Translations under genes and position numbers: made by a program | Source: Octopus vulgaris | Taxonomy: Eukaryota | Assembly: GCA_951406725.2 (NCBI GenBank) | Contig: OX597821.1 | Coordinates: 49,600,001-49,664,000, forward strand | Length of the DNA: 64,000 nucleotides | Reading direction: 5' to 3' | Part shown: positions 1-11,435 of the stretch, one piece after another | Layout of the letters: each line of letters begins with the position of its first letter | Numbering within the stretch: the stretch's first letter is position 1 | Notes under the pieces: generated by a model | What the model was told of the DNA's origin: nothing | The model's input: the letters and a program-made list of their open reading frames with translations, nothing else | Database searches by the model: none

Positions 1-104
1 CCATCATAACATTACGGAGGTCAGAACTGACATATCTCCTCAACCAGCTCAAAAACTATATCAAGGACCTTTCTTCAACTGAGCCACCGCACCTCCATAT
101 TATA

Positions 105-270
105 AGGCACGTCACCGAACTCTGAATGCATTTCCCACAGGTAAGACTGGAATTGGCAATGATTTAACCCTTTTTTCTCGAACAAAGTTTACTGTTTGCA
201 TTACAGTGCTCGTTACATGTTCCATTTTTAAGACTTTATCGCTCAGCATTTCCTGGTGTATGATGCAGTG

Positions 271-313
<43 letters not shown>

Positions 314-1789
314 TGTGTACAGTGCTCAGGTGCACTACAACTCATCTAAAAAAAAATATTTTTTTTGTTCAATAAATAATTTATTTAGGAATGATAAAAT
401 TTCTAGTGAGTGATGCAGCTTAATTATGTTGTCAACTTGCCAGCGCAGTTCTCTTCATGCATCTTTAAATGTATCCTACCCACTAGTCCACTTTTTTCGC
501 CACACATCGCTGGTGCTCCAACTGTTGTAAATCCAACAAGTTTGTCCCAAGGTAATTTTATGTCAGTTACACTCTGACATATTTTTCAAAAAGGTCCTTT
601 CCTGTTGTTGTCCCATGCATTGATTTAATATCCAAAATTTCCTCCACAGAGAACAAATCGGAGTCCAATCCACATATAAAAATAGCTAGCTGTGCTGTAT
701 CAGTCGTGTCAATAGTCTCATCCACAGCAACAGAGTATGCAACAAATTTTTTTCCTTTTTCAATCAACTGTATTTTCAAATCAGTGGCCATCTCACACAC
801 CCGATCAGCAACTGTATTTCTGCTAATACTCACATTAGCAAACAGTTGCTTCCTGTCTGGACACAAAACATTATACATTTTCTTCACGCAACTCTTCTCA
901 AACTCTCCTTTGGTAAATGGCCAGGCTGATTTTGTGATCTCCTCTGCCACAACAAAACTTGCTTTACCAGCAGCTTCACTTTGTAATTTTGCTTTGGTTA
1001 AAAAAGCCTGTTGTAATGTGAGATCCCTCTTCAACTCATGCAACTTTCGTTGCTTCTGCTCAACAGCAAGCTATTTATACTTGTCCTGATATTTTGTCTC
1101 ATAGTGGTGTTTGAGATTATACTTTTTAAGTACAACAACATTAGCACCACAATTAAGACACACGGGTTTACCATCAATGTCAGTAAACATGTACTCGGTT
1201 TCCCACCAAATTTGAAAGGCTCTGCTTTCAGCATCGAATTTTCTCTTGACCATTAATATAGATAGCTACTATTACTGAATGACATCACGTAAAAATGATC
1301 GCCCGAAAGAGCAGTAAGGTGGCTGTTGCAGTGCATTATAGAATAAGTAGATTTTGCGTCATCAATGCTTCACAACGCAATTAGAGAATCAAAGGAGGCA
1401 TTTCCCAGCATGCTTTGTTACAGTTACAATTGAGACTTGTGATTGCGTTATCATACCTCTTTAATGTGCTTTTTTGTACAGACAGGGTGTAATAGTTACA
1501 GTGTTGTTTCTAGTCATGTATTAAATTATTGCTACTTTTGGTGACACCCTTAGTAAGAAAAGTAGTGCAGTCAGTCCTATATATAATGTAATGGCCTGCT
1601 TTTGCCACACACTATGTATGTGTAGTTGTAACAAGAAGGCATGGGTGTTGCTGGGGGCAGCAAAGTACTCTATTTGCTGATGCCACCATTTGGACCAATT
1701 TCATACTGATATCAAAATGGTCTTGCAGGCTGGATGAAATTGCTGCATGGGCCGGAAGAGGCCTGCAGGCCAGGAGTTTGACATGTCTG
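105..1789 (-). mobile_element. Decayed hAT (SPIN/Buster, GTF2IRD2-like) transposon, 5' part
   Basis: Frameshifted ORFs 1071-1253 (BED-like PVCLNC...YNLKHHYETK), 567-1043 (YSVAVDETIDTTDTAQLAIF, MHGTTTGKDLF) and 112-265 (YHCIIHQEML). The terminus CAGACATGTCAAAC on the minus strand ends at 1789. Interrupted by an (AAT)n-tailed insert near 270-345. Confidence 0.88.
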
Positions 1790-2552
1790 CTTTATAGTGT
1801 TCACAAAGCACTGAGCAGCAATCATGTTTTTCCACACTCAACAATCAAATATAAACATTTGTTTTAAACAAATTCTATTTGTGTGTCAATTGAAAATGTT
1901 ATTTACTCCAGCTGTATTTTGGCACTGCTTATATTCTTAGCATGAATCTTCAGATCATCCACAACTATCACATGATATCAGGATAAGGAGATAGTAATAC
2001 CTACATACATACATACATTATTAAGCAAAAATGGGCTAAGAAAAATAACTCAGAGTGGCCAGTGGCGTGTATATAAATAACAAAGACAAATACCATTAGC
2101 AATTACCATATGGCAATTAAGATATACCCCAGATGAGAAGGGGAGATCACCTTGAGAATCAAAAATTCTTCAAAGTTGACATCAACTTAGAAAAAAACAT
2201 TGTCTGGAGATAAGAGGACTTTTATGACATGTTTCTGCCTCAGTAGGCACCATCAGCATGACTGTTGTCTAACCTTATATCCATCAGCCAAGGGGCTTAG
2301 ATATATACAAAAATGGTAGAATACGTTGAGGGCCTAGTTAATTTGCACACATTAAACAAAAATTAGTGCCGAGAGAATTAATTCAGATTTGCCAGTGCCA
2401 GGTATATGAACGACACAGACAGGAGTATTTTTTTTGTTTTTTTTTGTTTCAGTTATGCTGAAGCACACCACCTTGAATTTTAAAGGAATGAAGTGACTTT
2501 CATTTTAAGCCCGGTACTTATTCTATCAGTTTCTTTTGCCAAACCACTAAGT

Positions 2553-2590
2553 TACGAGGACGTAAACACCAACAACGGTTGTAGGACACA

Positions 2591-2626
<36 letters not shown>

Positions 2627-2663
2627 TGTGTCCTACAACCGTTGTTGGTGTGTTTACGTCCTC

Positions 2664-2666
<3 letters not shown>
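2553..2666. repeat. Near-perfect inverted repeat (about 40-bp arms) around an (AT)n spacer
   Basis: acgaggacgtaaacaccaacaacggttgtaggacacacg-(AT)n-cgtgtgtcctacaaccgttgttggtgtgtttacgtcctcgt. Confidence 0.92.
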
Positions 2667-2700
<34 letters not shown>

Positions 2701-2708
<8 letters not shown>

Positions 2709-3070
2709 GTATATAAGTAGAAGGGCAGGCAACAGGTTGCTTTGCCGCATACCGAGAGAATTAGAAATAGCAGTCAGAGACTGTTTATTCCTATTTTCTA
2801 CAAGTGGGGCTCCGCATACGACATGTTTCTAGATCGGAAGTAAGAAAATTATTTTCTTACTTCCGATCTAGAAACATGTTCACCATTAACGGTAAGGCAT
2901 TGTTTTCGTTATTTATTCCTCCTATTTTGCATATGTGAATTGCAGGGTTATGTCGTATGTGGAGCCCCACTTGTAGAAAATAGAAACAGTCTCTGACTGC
3001 TATTTCTAATTCTTTCGGTATGTGGCAAAGCAACTTGTTGCCTGCCCTTCTACTTATATACAATATATAC
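2701..3070. repeat. Fold-back inverted duplication with a perfect central hairpin
   Basis: 29-bp perfect arms 2821-2849/2851-2879 with a 1-nt spacer. Outer arms of about 2709-2824 vs 2950-3060 carry a few substitutions. Confidence 0.93.
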
Positions 3071-3183
3071 TGAACTTCACAGAAGTTCCCGCCGAAAATG
3101 GTCATATTTACATACCGAAATCTACTAGTAAATAATTGTTGGTTGTCTGAAAAACCATCGAAGAAATTATTTACTCTTATTAT

Positions 3184-3216
<33 letters not shown>

Positions 3217-3270
3217 AAAGAAGCCCTATATAAATATATATATATATATATATAAAGAAGCCCTGTATAA

Positions 3271-3321
<51 letters not shown>

Positions 3322-3326
<5 letters not shown>

Positions 3327-3465
3327 CTTCTTTCAGTTTCCGTCTTCCAAATCCACATACAAAGGTCTGGTCGGCCAGAGGCTGTAATAAAAGACACTTG
3401 CCCAAGGTGTCACACTGTGGGACAGTACCCGAACAATGTGGTTAAGAAGCAAGTTATTACTACAT
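3322..3465 (-). mobile_element. Cephalopod-type tRNA-derived SINE, 5' half
   Basis: Reverse complement matches the head and core of the full copies at 6816 and 62059 (gggcaagtgtctt...ggatttgg..gacggaaactgaaagaagccc). Confidence 0.8.
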
Positions 3466-3652
3466 AAACTCGCCGTTATCTTTTTTTTTTTTTACGTAAG
3501 ATCTTACTTTCCTTAGTAATTAGAACGAATACATGATCTTGAAATTCGCGAAAAAAAAGATGTCCCCAGTTCCAGTTTTACGGTGGCCATTTTATATACT
3601 CACATCGAAAGAAAGTTAATAACTTTTTGCCACTACAAACGTTAGTTTCCCT

Positions 3653-4185
3653 GGCGATGCTTGGGTATGGGTACGCACGTGACTTTGTTTACATTTCTGA
3701 AGATAACAGAAACCAATTTCTCCCACCCCTAGTCCTAACCCTAACCCCCCCCCCCATATATAACAAAAAGTTTATGATTCATGTGTGAGTGTGTGTTCTT
3801 GATAATCGCTTAGAACAAGTAGTTTTACACCAATTACACTATTTTTTTCTTAGTTTAAAGGCCCTGGACTGAAGATGTGAAATTTCCGAGACCTCTCCCC
3901 TCCCCCCCCTTTCGCGAGCGCGCATTTTTTCCATCATATACGTTTAGAGCAAGTTGTTTTACACCTATTACACTATTTTTGTTTTTGTTTTTGTGCCCGA
4001 GTCAGACGCTTTCGGAAATTCCCGATGTAAATTTTCCGAGGCCTCTCCCCCATTCCCCTTTCGCGTGCGCGCATTTTTTTTCATATTCGTTTAGAGGAAG
4101 TTGTTTTACGCCTATTACACAATTTTTTTTTTTTTTTTTGATCGAGTTTAACGCTTTAGTTTAACCAAAACACCGAAGGTTCGCC
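3653..4185. mobile_element. Non-autonomous DNA element with GGCGA...TCGCC termini and 8-bp TSD (Merlin-like)
   Basis: Starts ggcgatgcttgggt and ends accgaaggttcgcc. Flanks gtttccct / gttttcct (7/8). Same family as 63051-63214. Confidence 0.75.
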
Positions 4186-4444
4186 GTTTTCCTTTTTCTT
4201 TTTTTCTTTTTCGGATCCGTGTTTATCCGTGGTATCTTCTATTACTAGATAAACATTGATTGGAAGAATCGTTAGAGAGTTAGTCAAAGTATTTAAAGTA
4301 TAATGTGTCGGGTCTGTCTGGCCGATAAAATGAAATACTGCGGTGGAATGCTTTCGTCGATTTCATAGACAATGAAATAATAAAAATATTTCGTTTTTGG
4401 ATTTGGTTTGCAAGATTCTTTATATGAGTTCGTGTGTTGAAGCA

Positions 4445-4565
4445 TATTCTGTTGTGTCTGGGGAGAGTCATTCTCTTTTAGTGCCCTATATATATATTTT
4501 ACCGGTGAGTGTGTTAAATAATAAGGCACTAAAAGAGAATGACTCTCCCCAGACACAACAGAATA
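4445..4565. repeat. Perfect 41-bp inverted repeat with 39-nt loop
   Basis: tattctgttgtgtctggggagagtcattctcttttagtgcc (4445-4485) / ggcactaaaagagaatgactctccccagacacaacagaata (4525-4565). Confidence 0.95.
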
Positions 4566-4927
4566 GTAAAAAATGGTTTCTGATTTAGGCACAAGGAAAG
4601 TATCTTGAGGGATACCAACGACCTAAGTTGACTGGTACTTTATTTTATGGAACTCGGAAGAATGAAAAGTAAAGTTGATTTCAGCGGGATCTAAACCGGA
4701 ACAAATATAGCAAGGATTTATTCCGATGCTTAAATGAATTTGCCGTTTCAAAACTCAGATGAGCGCGAAGGCTGGCTGAAGGGAGATAACCAAGAATAAC
4801 CCCCAAAATATATATAATAAAACCCCTAAAAGTACATGGGGATTTTTTGTTTTTAAAGAGCTACTCTCAAGGTAGGTAATTGGGTGTAAGTTGCCGCTAA
4901 GCTGCTGAAGTCGTATTGTTTTGTAGA

Positions 4928-5080
4928 ATGGCATCAAGAGAAGGAGAAGAATATTATGAAAATTCTAGATGTTATTGGGAGAAAGTTCCAGCTACAATTG
5001 ATGGCATGCTTGGAGGTTTTCCACAAGTGTCGCCCATAGATATTAAAACGTCATCAATTTTCCTTCGATCTTTTCTGAAG
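4928..5080 (+). CDS. NTMT1: N-terminal Xaa-Pro-Lys N-methyltransferase 1, coding exon 1 (51 codons)
   Basis: MASREGEEYYENSRCYWEKVPATIDGMLGGFPQVSPIDIKTSSIFLRSFLK contains the family motif YW..VP.TIDGMLGG. Donor AAG|GTGAGT at 5080/5081, phase 0. An upstream acceptor ttttgtag|A at 4926 implies a 5' UTR exon. Confidence 0.95.
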
Positions 5081-6074
5081 GTGAGTAAAAATTTTCTTAA
5101 AACACGCAGATGTCATTCAAACTGGGGCACCTTGTTGGCGGTGGAAGAGGGTATATTGCGAAAGCAAGCATAGCACCATCAAATCACGTCCTTCGCTCAT
5201 TTTCTCTCTCGGCCTAATGTATCAAGGATTACACTATATATCTTGTGCTCTGGCTGTTATTTCACCTTCCACCTTGTGTACGCTCCTTTCCTAGTTTGGT
5301 GGCGGTATATTGTCTTGGGACAGATCTCACCATGCTGTCTTTTGATCAGTAGTGTATCTAACCGTTACCATACTGTCACTTTGTCTATTCTCAGCTACAT
5401 TATCTGTGCTTCATGTTTTAAAACCAGGATAGTGTGGTTTCAGTGATTTGATTTTTCTAGCTTCATTAACAACTACGTCAGCTACTCTGTTTATATTTTG
5501 TTGAATTCAGCTAAAATATCCTTTTATCGCTACAATTAGTTTGTTGAGACGAAAGATTGCCAATATTTTTATTAATTCCTTTTTTAAAAAAATTAAATAT
5601 TTGATATTACGAAAATATCCACACAAGTCACATGGCTGGACAGTTCACAAGGAGTTTACATTTTTGTGTGTGAGTGTATGTAAAATGAATGAAATGAGAA
5701 AGAAGGTAATCTAACGATAAAGAAAGTTTTAAAAACCTTTAAATTTCGAGCGCAAAGCCTATCTTCAGAAGAATACAAAGTAATGTATTTACAGAGATCC
5801 TTTATTAGTAGCAGTAGCTCTCCAAATGCATTGAGAGTGCTGCTGCTACTAGCAAAAAGCACAAGACTTTCCAAAATGGCTGGATCTATGTAATTACACA
5901 TTTCTTCGACTGTATTCTTCTGAAGATAGGCTTTGCACCCGAGATATAAAGGTGTTTTCAACTTTCTGCATTGTTACAAGTTTTCCTTATTTCTCATTTC
6001 ATTCATTTTTCTTTTGTACTACAATGCTTCGAGCTAACTACAACGTTCTTAGTGGGCATGGGTATCGTATCTTC

Positions 6075-6245
6075 TTTTACTTGTTCAGCAATTGGACTGC
6101 GGCCATGCTGGGCCACTACCTTGAAGGGCTTAGTCGAACGAATCGACTCCAGTACTTTTTTTAAAAAAAACTCTGCGGGGACATAAACAAACCAACACCG
6201 GTTGTCAAGCGGTGGTGGGAGATAAACAAAGACACACACACGACA
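6075..6245 (-). mobile_element. SINE 3' fragment
   Basis: gactgcggccatgctgg...ccggttgtcaagcggtggtggg is the reverse complement of the SINE tail. Confidence 0.65.
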
Positions 6246-6815
6246 GGTTAATTGTTTTGTAACGAAAAAAAAAAAAACACAATTGTCTTTAAAATAATAT
6301 ACACCGTATATCGTTGAAAAATATTTCCTAAGCTTCAGTAGGGGCACGCTATTAACTTAGCTTTTGCAGTGTTGCGCCAATCAGCTCATTTGCATACGCA
6401 AGTCGCTGTAGGATCGACTACCTGCGACCGGCTTGCGCGTGTGCACGCACCGGGTCCAGTCTCCACGACTAGTACCTCAGACTTTAAGTCCTTATAACTT
6501 CCTGGGGAAAAAATGGATATTAATGAAAATCTCTATGAGTACGCTATAAAGTGAATTTTTAGAAAATTGGTGGACTCACAAATACATACTGACACGTCAT
6601 ATATCTACAAAATGAAACCTGAAATTTCGAAAAAAATTGTCGAGTGTGCGCTCACCTTTTTTTTTTTCATATTAAATTCCGAAATAATTGTAAACTGCAC
6701 ACTTTGAACGATATTTGTAGAAAATTTCATTAGAAAATAACGTTTTTTGGGGGGGGTGGGGGTGGGGGTTCTAAGTTATGAGGAAACAAACCCGATTTGT
6801 GTAAAATGTCCATTT

Positions 6816-7186
6816 AAGCTATGTGGTAAATAACTTGCTTCCCAACCACATGGTTCCGGGTTCAGTGCTACTGCGTAGCACCTTCAGCATGTGTCTTCTG
6901 CTATAGCCTCAGGTTGACCAAAGCCTTGTGAGTGGATTTGGTAGACGGAAACTGAAAGAAGTCCATTGTATGTATATATATATATGTGTGTGTGTGTTTG
7001 TCCCACCACCATTGCTTGACAGCCAATGTCGGTGTGTTTGCGTCCCCATAACCTAGCAGTTTGGCGAAAAGAGATTGATAGAATAAGTACTAGGCTTACA
7101 AAGAATAAGTCCTGAGGTTGATTTGTTCAACTAAAGGCAGTGCTCCAGCATGGCCACAGTCAAATGACTGAAACAAATAAAAGAAT
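6816..7186 (+). mobile_element. Near full-length cephalopod-type tRNA-derived SINE
   Basis: A box tgtggtaa, B box ggttcagtgc, core with (TA)n(TG)n, tail gctccagcatggccacagtcaaatgactgaaac. Collinear with 62059-62440. Confidence 0.88.
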
Positions 7187-7592
7187 GCATCCACATGTAC
7201 ACGCGCGAACACAATACATATGCCCATCACCCCCTGAGAAGAAGTTAATATAAATCCATGTTGGTCAATTAATTCTGATTGATTAATGAAATTTTAAATT
7301 ATTTTGTTTACTCTTTAGCATTTCAAGGAAAGCATATTTGTTTTAATGGTTTTGTAAACTTTTGGTGTCTGAATGTGTGTATCTAAATAATTAACATTTA
7401 TGTGCACAGGTGTACAAGTGTATGTAAATTTAATTATATATATATATATATATATATACGCACACATGCCTATACATGCACATGCCTACACCTGCACAGG
7501 CACGCATGTATGTGCCCATACACTCAGACACACATGTATGTACTTATATAGATATATATACGCACACATGTTCCCTCGTGCACATATATACA

Positions 7593-8200
7593 TACATGGC
7601 TGTTCGTACCCATGTGTCATACAGTCTACCTTTTACTCTGAGTGAGAGGCCCTTTGTCACCAGCTGAGGTAAGAGCTCTCTGAAATTTGCCCAGGCTATT
7701 CTTATTCTCGCAGCCACACTTTGAGCGTATCCTCCCCTTCTACTGACTTGGTTAGCATCAGATGTGGTGTGCAAGGGAGACGACTGCGCTGGTATGGTCA
7801 TGTGGCGAGAATGGATGAGGATAGGCTGTGTGAAAAAGTGCCACGCCCTAGTGGTTGAGGGAACCTGTGGAAGAGGCAGACCCAGGAAGACCTGGGACGA
7901 GGTGGTGAAGCACGACCTTCAAACACTAGGCCTCACCAAGGCAAGGACTAGTGACTGAGACCTTTGGAAATATGCTGTGCTTGAGAAGACCCGGCAAGCC
8001 AAGTGAGACCATAACCTCGCGGCCTATGCTAGGGGTGTAACCAGCCCACTTATGCATACCTTTCCTTCATTTGACACTAAAGTCTGTTTGCAAAGACCTG
8101 TTGAGGCAAGTGAAATCAAAATCAAATTCGATGACTGGCATCCGTGCTAGTGGAGCGTTAAGAGCACCATCCAAGTGTGATCGTTGTCAGAGCAGCTAGG
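7593..8200. mobile_element. 5'-inverted RTE LINE insertion (7593-7750 antisense, 7757-8200 sense)
   Basis: Both parts match the RTE copy at 47421-50185 (RIRIAWANFRELLPQLVTKGLSLRVKGR; GTCGRGRPRKTWDEVVKHDL). Confidence 0.85.
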
Positions 8201-8397
8201 AGTACACCATAATGTTTTGCGGCATTTGTGGGATGCTATTCATCAGAAAAGGCCACAATTGCATGCGTCCGGTGAGTGGCAATTGCACCATGACAACACA
8301 CCTGCCCATTTAGCACAACTTGTGCAGCAGTTTTTGGCTAGGTACAGCATTCCCTAGGCCCAACAACCACCGTATTCCCCAGATCTCGCCCCTTGCA
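8200..8397 (+). mobile_element. Mariner transposase fragment, followed directly by an RTE-type (GAT)n tail
   Basis: Translates WQLHHDNTPAH...QPPYSPDLAPC, then aatgttagatgatgatgat. Confidence 0.8.
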
Positions 8398-9002
8398 ATG
8401 TTAGATGATGATGATACATATACACACATTCATCCCCTAAACATGCTTATGTAGCCATATGTGCATGCAGACACATACAGAGATATAAGATACTAGACTA
8501 CCCATGACCCGTTGGATCACCGGGAAACTCTGAGTTTTCCAGCAACAGAGTTTTGTCTCGTGCCCCCCCCCCCCAATCAGGTTATTTCACATGCTTTCAA
8601 CGAATGTGGCATCGAAATCATGTGTAAATAGCTCCTTTCCCCCCAAAAGGAAAGATTTGGCTGCTATTTCTTGCACACCCTGCAACCATGCAACAGCTAT
8701 TTTGGGTCCTTTATTGCAGATAGCTGTTACATGGTAGCAGGGTGTGCTAGAATAGGAATGATCAGGTTAAGAAACACTCCACTATGTAGCAACTACCTGG
8801 CAAGCATACTACCCACTCTTATGTCAGAGGCCTCAAAAGATATGTGGTCCGTATGATATCAGGAGAGTATACTAAAGTAATTCAACACTTTGCAGACATC
8901 TCTTTCAGGTGAAGCCTCCCCATGCAGCTGCAGTAAAGTATACAAAAGAGAAACATTGCTTCCCCCACTAAAGTAAGAGTAGATGAACGTTGGAATCCAT
9001 TA

Positions 9003-9140
9003 CATCATCATCATCGTTTAGCGTCCGCTTTCCATGCTGGCATGGGTTGGACGGTTCAACTGGGGTCTGGGAAGCCAGAAGACTGCACCAGGCCTAGTCT
9101 GACCTGGCAATGTTTCTACGGCTGGATGCCCTTCCTAACA
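9003..9140 (-). mobile_element. RTE LINE 3' tail
   Basis: (CAT)n then cgtttagcgtccgctttccatgctggcatgggttggacgg. Same as 47421-47550. Confidence 0.85.
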
Positions 9141-9750
9141 CTGAAAAGTCTGGTATAGCCAATGACATGGAAAAATGACTGTGGGATTTGGTCAATAATA
9201 AATAGAGAGCACCACTAGAAAATTAGAAAGCTTCAGGAAGCAGCGCATATGCTAGGACATAACAACCTCCTTAGCAGGCTAAATGCAGAGATGAATACAG
9301 TTGTGGAAACCAATAATTTAAAAAGAAGGCAGACTGACACAATGGATTACATAGACATTAAGTTTGTAAATCTTTAAAAAAATTAGCTTTGTCACTGCCT
9401 ATGGACTTAGCGGAGTAGATAAAGATGTTGGTGAATGCAGTGCATGCACCCAGGGGTTCTGAGTTCAATCCCAGACAAGACATGAAGGTAATTCACAAGA
9501 AATCAACTGAAGCAAATGAAAAAAAAAGTCACAAAACAGAGAGGAATGAGAACAGTGTACTCTTGTAAATCAAATAAAGGGTTAGGCTTGAAATTCTGAT
9601 ACAACAATCATGTTCAACACAAGATACCTGAAGAAGGCTGGAGTGTACAACAGCTGAAACATAGTGAAAGCAGCAATCAGGATAGGATACCAGTCCAACT
9701 CATATGAACAATATACATAGTCTTCTGATGTCCCTTCATCGCTTGTCATT
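9141..9750 (+). mobile_element. Penelope-like element 3' remnant (GIY-YIG C-terminus plus pseudo-LTR), with a SINE-head-like piece near 9405-9475
   Basis: Decayed frame RKLQEAAHMLGHNNLLSRL resembles the Penelope endonuclease C-terminus. A hammerhead core follows downstream. Confidence 0.65.
9620..9672 (+). ncRNA. Minimal hammerhead ribozyme-like motif (Penelope-associated, probably degenerate)
   Basis: CTGAAGA-a-ggctg(gagtgtacaa)cagct-GAAAC: both conserved cores are present around a helix II stem-loop. Confidence 0.55.
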
Positions 9751-9754
9751 TTGA

Positions 9755-10637
9755 AGATCTTTGTGCTTATCATCGCTGCATGTTGAAATCTTTAAAAAAA
9801 ATTTTTATGTATCATATAGATGCAATTTTTGATACTGAATCCAAATTTGTTATTCATTTACTCCAGAAAAATTTTGCGAAAATGTTACAGGTGTTCAAGC
9901 TGAGATAATTCTCAGAATATGCAGCCAATCAGAAAACATTGCGTTCGCTGCCTCTTCCATCATCTGTCTCAGTAGTAAGAGAGGTGGGGCACAGGCATGT
10001 CAAACCATTAAACTAGCTACAGTAAACATTGAAAAACATTAAAACATTCATAGCAAATTAAATATTTAAAAGCTATGAGCAAATCAACAAGAGTTGCTAG
10101 AAATAAGTCAAAACATTGCTTAAACAGACATTTATTAGTTTTAAAAAATTCAAGAATGTAAGTTTGCAATACACTTTAGGATTTTATAAAATAAATTCTT
10201 TCTCATATCTCCTTCTCCATATAAATTGACAAAGTGTCAACCATGGAATGGTGTGTCTCACATCAGCATTTATTTCTATGCTTTAAAGATGCCCAGGTAC
10301 TCTCAATTTGTTGATTACACTCAGTTTGGTGGTTGCACTCCTTGTGCACATGTGCAGCATCTTTGGTTACTATGGAGACAGAGTTCTTTGCAATGTGCTA
10401 TGGAACATGTGGTACTTCTTTGCTTACAATGCTAACAGAACTTCACAGTGATGTGTAAAATATTCACTTATGATGGGCTAAAATACCCAAATTTTAAAGA
10501 ATAATAACTTTTTAATTATGAATTTATAGGAAAAATGAATTTCATTTTCATAATTAGTATACAAAATTTAATCCATGTACCAAATTTGAAAACAGTTGGA
10601 ACAAAATTGTAGATAGTGACAATAACCACAAAGATCC
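9755..10637. mobile_element. 883-bp non-autonomous element with (G/A)GATCTTT termini and a perfect 8-bp TSD (Merlin-like)
   Basis: cattttga[agatctttgtgcttatcatc...gtgacaataaccacaaagatcc]cattttga. Confidence 0.8.
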
Positions 10638-10838
10638 CATTTTGACTTGTTCTTTGAGTGCACCCTCAATGTCCCATCATTTCCATTCAATTTCCCATGT
10701 CCCCTACACACAGTATCTCAGCTGTCTTCAATTGATTTCCATATCCAGAGTCTTTTATAAACTAATTTTGTCTGTTCAAAGCATCATATTTAATTCATTC
10801 CTCTTCATACCCTAACATTTTTTTCTTCTTAATTTCAG

Positions 10839-11348
10839 ACTCATGGTGGTAGCATTGACAACAATAGAGCTCTAGATTGTGGTGCTGGTATTGGCAGAGT
10901 AACAAAACATCTACTGACACCACTCTTCAATCATGTTGACATGTTAGACCTGAACCAAAAATTTTTAAGCCGTGCAGAAACCTACCTGGGAGACAAAAAG
11001 TCAAAAGTGGACCGTTACATTTGCAACTCCCTGCAAGATTTTGTTCCTGAACCTGGCAGATACAATGTAATTTGGTGCCAGTGGGTCCTTGGTTACCTTA
11101 GTAATTCTGATTTTGTGTCCTTCTTGAAACGCTGCAAAGCCGCCTTAGTGAGTGGGGGCTTGATTGCCATTAAAGAAAATGTAACCACAGAAGACCGAGT
11201 GTTTGATGAAACTGACAGCTGTTTTACCCGGCCAAAATCAGAGTTCATTAACATCATCAAAAAATCAGGAATGAAAGTTGTTAAAATAGAGAAACAGGAC
11301 GGATTACCTGCTGAGTTATTTGCTGTTTATTTGTTTGCCATGCAGTAA
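10839..11348 (+). CDS. NTMT1: N-terminal Xaa-Pro-Lys N-methyltransferase 1, coding exon 2 (169 aa + stop; total 220 aa)
   Basis: Acceptor ttcttaatttcag|ACT. Reads THGGSIDNNRALDCGAGIGRVTKHLL (SAM motif I)...YNVIWCQWVLGYL...IKENV...GLPAELFAVYLFAMQ*, in frame with exon 1. Confidence 0.96.
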   Translation, partial: THGGSIDNNRALDCGAGIGRVTKHLLTPLFNHVDMLDLNQKFLSRAETYLGDKKSKVDRYICNSLQDFVPEPGRYNVIWCQWVLGYLSNSDFVSFLKRCKAALVSGGLIAIKENVTTEDRVFDETDSCFTRPKSEFINIIKKSGMKVVKIEKQDGLPAELFAVYLFAMQ

Positions 11349-11435
11349 TCTGCCAAACTAAAGAGCTCTGCTGAAAGCTTTGTAAAAAAAAAAATTGATA
11401 AACCTTTATTTGGCTTTTTTAGTATTATTATTATT

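Noticed and set aside
2221-2268. Minus-strand hammerhead (ctgatgg-tgcct-actg-aggca-gaaacatgtc)
   Set aside because: The core is CUGAUGG rather than CUGANGA and the helix I register is off by one. At best an inactive relic.
2493-3397. YI-repeat ORFs
   Set aside because: Translations of (AT)n microsatellites.
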